Below, in pieces: positions 61,291 through 64,000 of a stretch of 64,000 nt of DNA; the first letter of the stretch is position 1; every line of letters starts with the position of its first letter. The notes beneath the pieces are model-generated. The model saw nothing but the letters and a program-made list of their open reading frames with translations, had not been told where the DNA came from and did no database searches. The position numbers and the translations under genes were made by a program. The DNA is taken from positions 3,925,229-3,989,228 of the forward strand of contig MU053379.1 of the NCBI GenBank assembly GCA_013239625.1. The letters are read 5' to 3'. Source of the DNA: Lama guanicoe (taxonomy: Eukaryota).

Positions 61291-64000
61291 CCTTGAGGAC
61301 CTCTCCGTGCCGAGCTCCTCCGCTGCCCTGTGAGAAGCACGTTCACTTCTGAGTCTGTCTTCAGGTTCTCTCGCGCACACTGCCTTTGCTTCTGACTTGC
61401 TTCTGCAATGAAGGCTCTGGATACAGAGGAGCAAATTGTGTGAAGGCAGAGCTGGCCCCTGTGCGCGGGCGCCGAAAGATGCCGAGTTTGGCACATGTGT
61501 TTCACACCAGCGCTGCCTCCAGGAGTCGCCCTCCAACGGGGCTGCCTTTTGAGAGGGGAGTACTTCCTCAGAGAGGAATAGAATTTAATAGAAACATTCC
61601 TTGCTCCACCCTCCACCCCCCAAAACAAACTGACACCGAAGGCAAAAATCCTGGTCTCAGATTGTCTATAAAACTGGCTGTTCCAATATCTGAACTTGCA
61701 GAATCACCTTCCAATTAATTTGGAAAGTGGACTGAAAACATGTTCAAAGTTTTGCCCTGAATCAGCCAGCCAACAACCACTTCTGTGCCCAGAACAGGCC
61801 TGGTACTGTATACTTAGGTTTTATTTCTCTGGAGCAAAGAAAAAAAAGAAAAAAATGAAGTCTACAAAGTTGCCGCCCGGGTCCAGACCCCACGTGCAGG
61901 CGGCTGCGGCTCCTTCACGGGTGACGCACGCCCCCCCCCTCCTGCAGGACAGGCGCCTTGTCTTTTCTTAACAGAGCTCTGCCACAAGCCTGCAGGCGGT
62001 AGAGGAATTCTCATTTGAGGATTTTCCAAAGGTCTCGCTCCAGATTCGCCCCGTGAAACCGTATGACAGCCGGAGATTTCCCTGGCCACAGCTTTGAAGA
62101 AACGCCTGTGTCAGAATTCCTTGCGTCTTGCTTATGACCTGCCTTCCCTGCCAGCAGAAGTTTCCAAAAAAGCCAAATGCCACCAGCTCTGCAGTGCAGG
62201 AAAGAGGGCCTGGTCAGCAGAGGTCTGGGTGCGACTCCGTCTTTTCTCCCATAAGGAGGAGGAGGCCACCTGGCGTCACACGCTCGTGTCCTCACGGACT
62301 CGGAGCCTGTCTGCAAGCAGCGCACCCAGGAAATCCCAAGTCTGGGGTCACAGCAGCAGGGAGGGCCCTGACCTGCGATGACATTTAACGTCTAAGAAAA
62401 TCTACCAATGGAAACTGGACTTGGGTCACTTCAACAATAGTGATGTAGCTTGAGGTTAGATGAGCAGCGCTGACATCTTGGTAACACATGAACACAACCC
62501 ACGTACAGCTGACAGCACGCGGCACCGCGGTTCACGGTAGTTGTGACTTCTGCACATTTTATGTGGAAAAACTCCGCAGTGCTTGGTGCTCGTCTGATCC
62601 GCTGGGAGAGCCCCGTGAACAAGGGTGCGGGCGGTGTGACAGGTGCCCACAAGGGCAGGCATTCAGGGGCAGCAAAAGTGCCTTCAGTAATCTGTCTTAC
62701 AATCAGCGCCTAGGAGTGGCTTTTGTTCGCCTTACAACAGTCTGCGCCTGTGTCAGAGCTCGGGCGCCGTGTGCTTTAAGTGCGCGGTCTGCATCGGTGC
62801 TCATGAGCCGTAATGAAGCATAATCTACAGTGTTGTATTTTACTTTTGTTTTCGTTCTCTTTTATTTCCTGAAATGTTAGCTGTGCCCATAGGGAAAAAA
62901 AAAAGTGAGTTTTCTCAGTGAGACTTCGTGGCAACAGAACCACTTCTTTGGGGACAGTTTTATTAAACACAGGACAGTGTTTGGATGATCAGTTAATGCT
63001 AATCTAAAGGATGCTGTCTGTGCAGATGCCTCCTGTTCCAGCACTAACAGTCCCTCTTCTCCACGCAGTGACCAGTTGGTGCTCCAGCTCACACCTAACT
63101 CTGCTGCGATGGGTTTTCCAAAGAAAATGGGACACATACTTCATATTTATTTATTAGCTTTTAACTCATCAGTCAAATGTAGCTTAAAAATACTATAATA
63201 CACTCAACTGACAAGAAAAAAATTTTTTCATTTGTCTGAGAAAAGCAAACAAAGCAATATTTTCCTTAAACTCTTTAAAATTTCTTCAGTAATTTACATT
63301 TTTGAGAAACCACTTTCTTCTAGATTTTTAAAATAATATAAACATGTATGTGCTACCGAAATATGCTAAGCTTGAACATAAATCATATTTATTTTTCTTT
63401 CTGTGGTTCTGAGCTCACTTTGTGGGCAACATAATTTGGGGAACTCATGCATATGGTATAGAAAATACTTTTTAAATCAATCTTTTTGTTTTCAAATTAA
63501 TACATGAATTATTCAGTGTAAACATTTAAAAAAAGATATAAAATCTAGGGTGAGTGTAGTTTTTGTAACCCAGCAGCTCTGCTGGGTTGACTTCCCAAGC
63601 TATATTTTAAATTCTGTGCCCTCCCAAGCCCAGAGCGCTACCTTCGGCTTCTGGCTCCAAACACGCCCCCCAGGAAGCAAGACACTGAGTCTGAGAGTGG
63701 ACGTGCAAGAGCCGAAGGTCCGGTGTTGAGAACATTTAGAAATTGTGAAAGCAAGCAGTCGGACGTGATTTGTGTCCACGCGTATCCACGTGCATGTCCT
63801 CTGCGACAAGGATGGTAGAAAGTGAGAGTGGAGCCTGGGTTCTGAACAAGAGCAGATTTGGTTACGGTTTCGCTCCCCTCGTGTTTGAGACGTTTTTCCG
63901 TCACAGTCTCGCAAAGATGCCCCAGGCGATGTCTCCTCCTGCCCAGCTGACGCCTTAGCCTGCTGCTCTGGGGTGTATGGCCGGGATGGGAACAGCGGTA

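Noticed and set aside
62890..63320. Possible hAT MITE ending 'ttttgagaaaccact'
   Set aside because: Only one terminus-like word; no matching left end or TSD found
1..64000. A novel multi-gene or prokaryote-type system, or identification of the host locus
   Set aside because: No operon-like or exon-coded proteins are visible, and I cannot recognise the locus without a search, so no gene symbol is assigned

Overview
Mammalian (eutherian) genomic DNA, very probably camelid. The evidence is a tRNA-derived SINE with the Vic-1-type structure at 58.4-58.5 kb and several short lineage-specific L1 3' ends. I find no recognisable protein-coding gene, RNA gene, CRISPR array or prokaryotic system. The only ORFs with recognisable homology are decayed L1 ORF2 fragments. 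The window is intergenic or deep-intronic: a mosaic of L1, L2, MIR, MaLR/ERVL/ERV1 LTRs and Tigger/hAT fossils, with four CpG-island-like blocks (about 5.1-5.9, 22.3-23.0, 23.85-24.2 and 39.3-40.6 kb) and two assembly gaps. The most notable signal is strongly localised AT-to-GC substitution in repeat fossils. One young L1 copy differs from its in-window paralogue almost only by A/T-to-G/C changes. At least one CpG island (23.85-24.03 kb) reads as a GC-converted L1 ORF2 fossil, i.e. a candidate CpG island that arose from a dead retrotransposon, plausibly by GC-biased gene conversion. Repeat subfamily names come from my recall of consensus sequences, and most repeat boundaries are approximate. 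No database search was run and the locus could not be identified.
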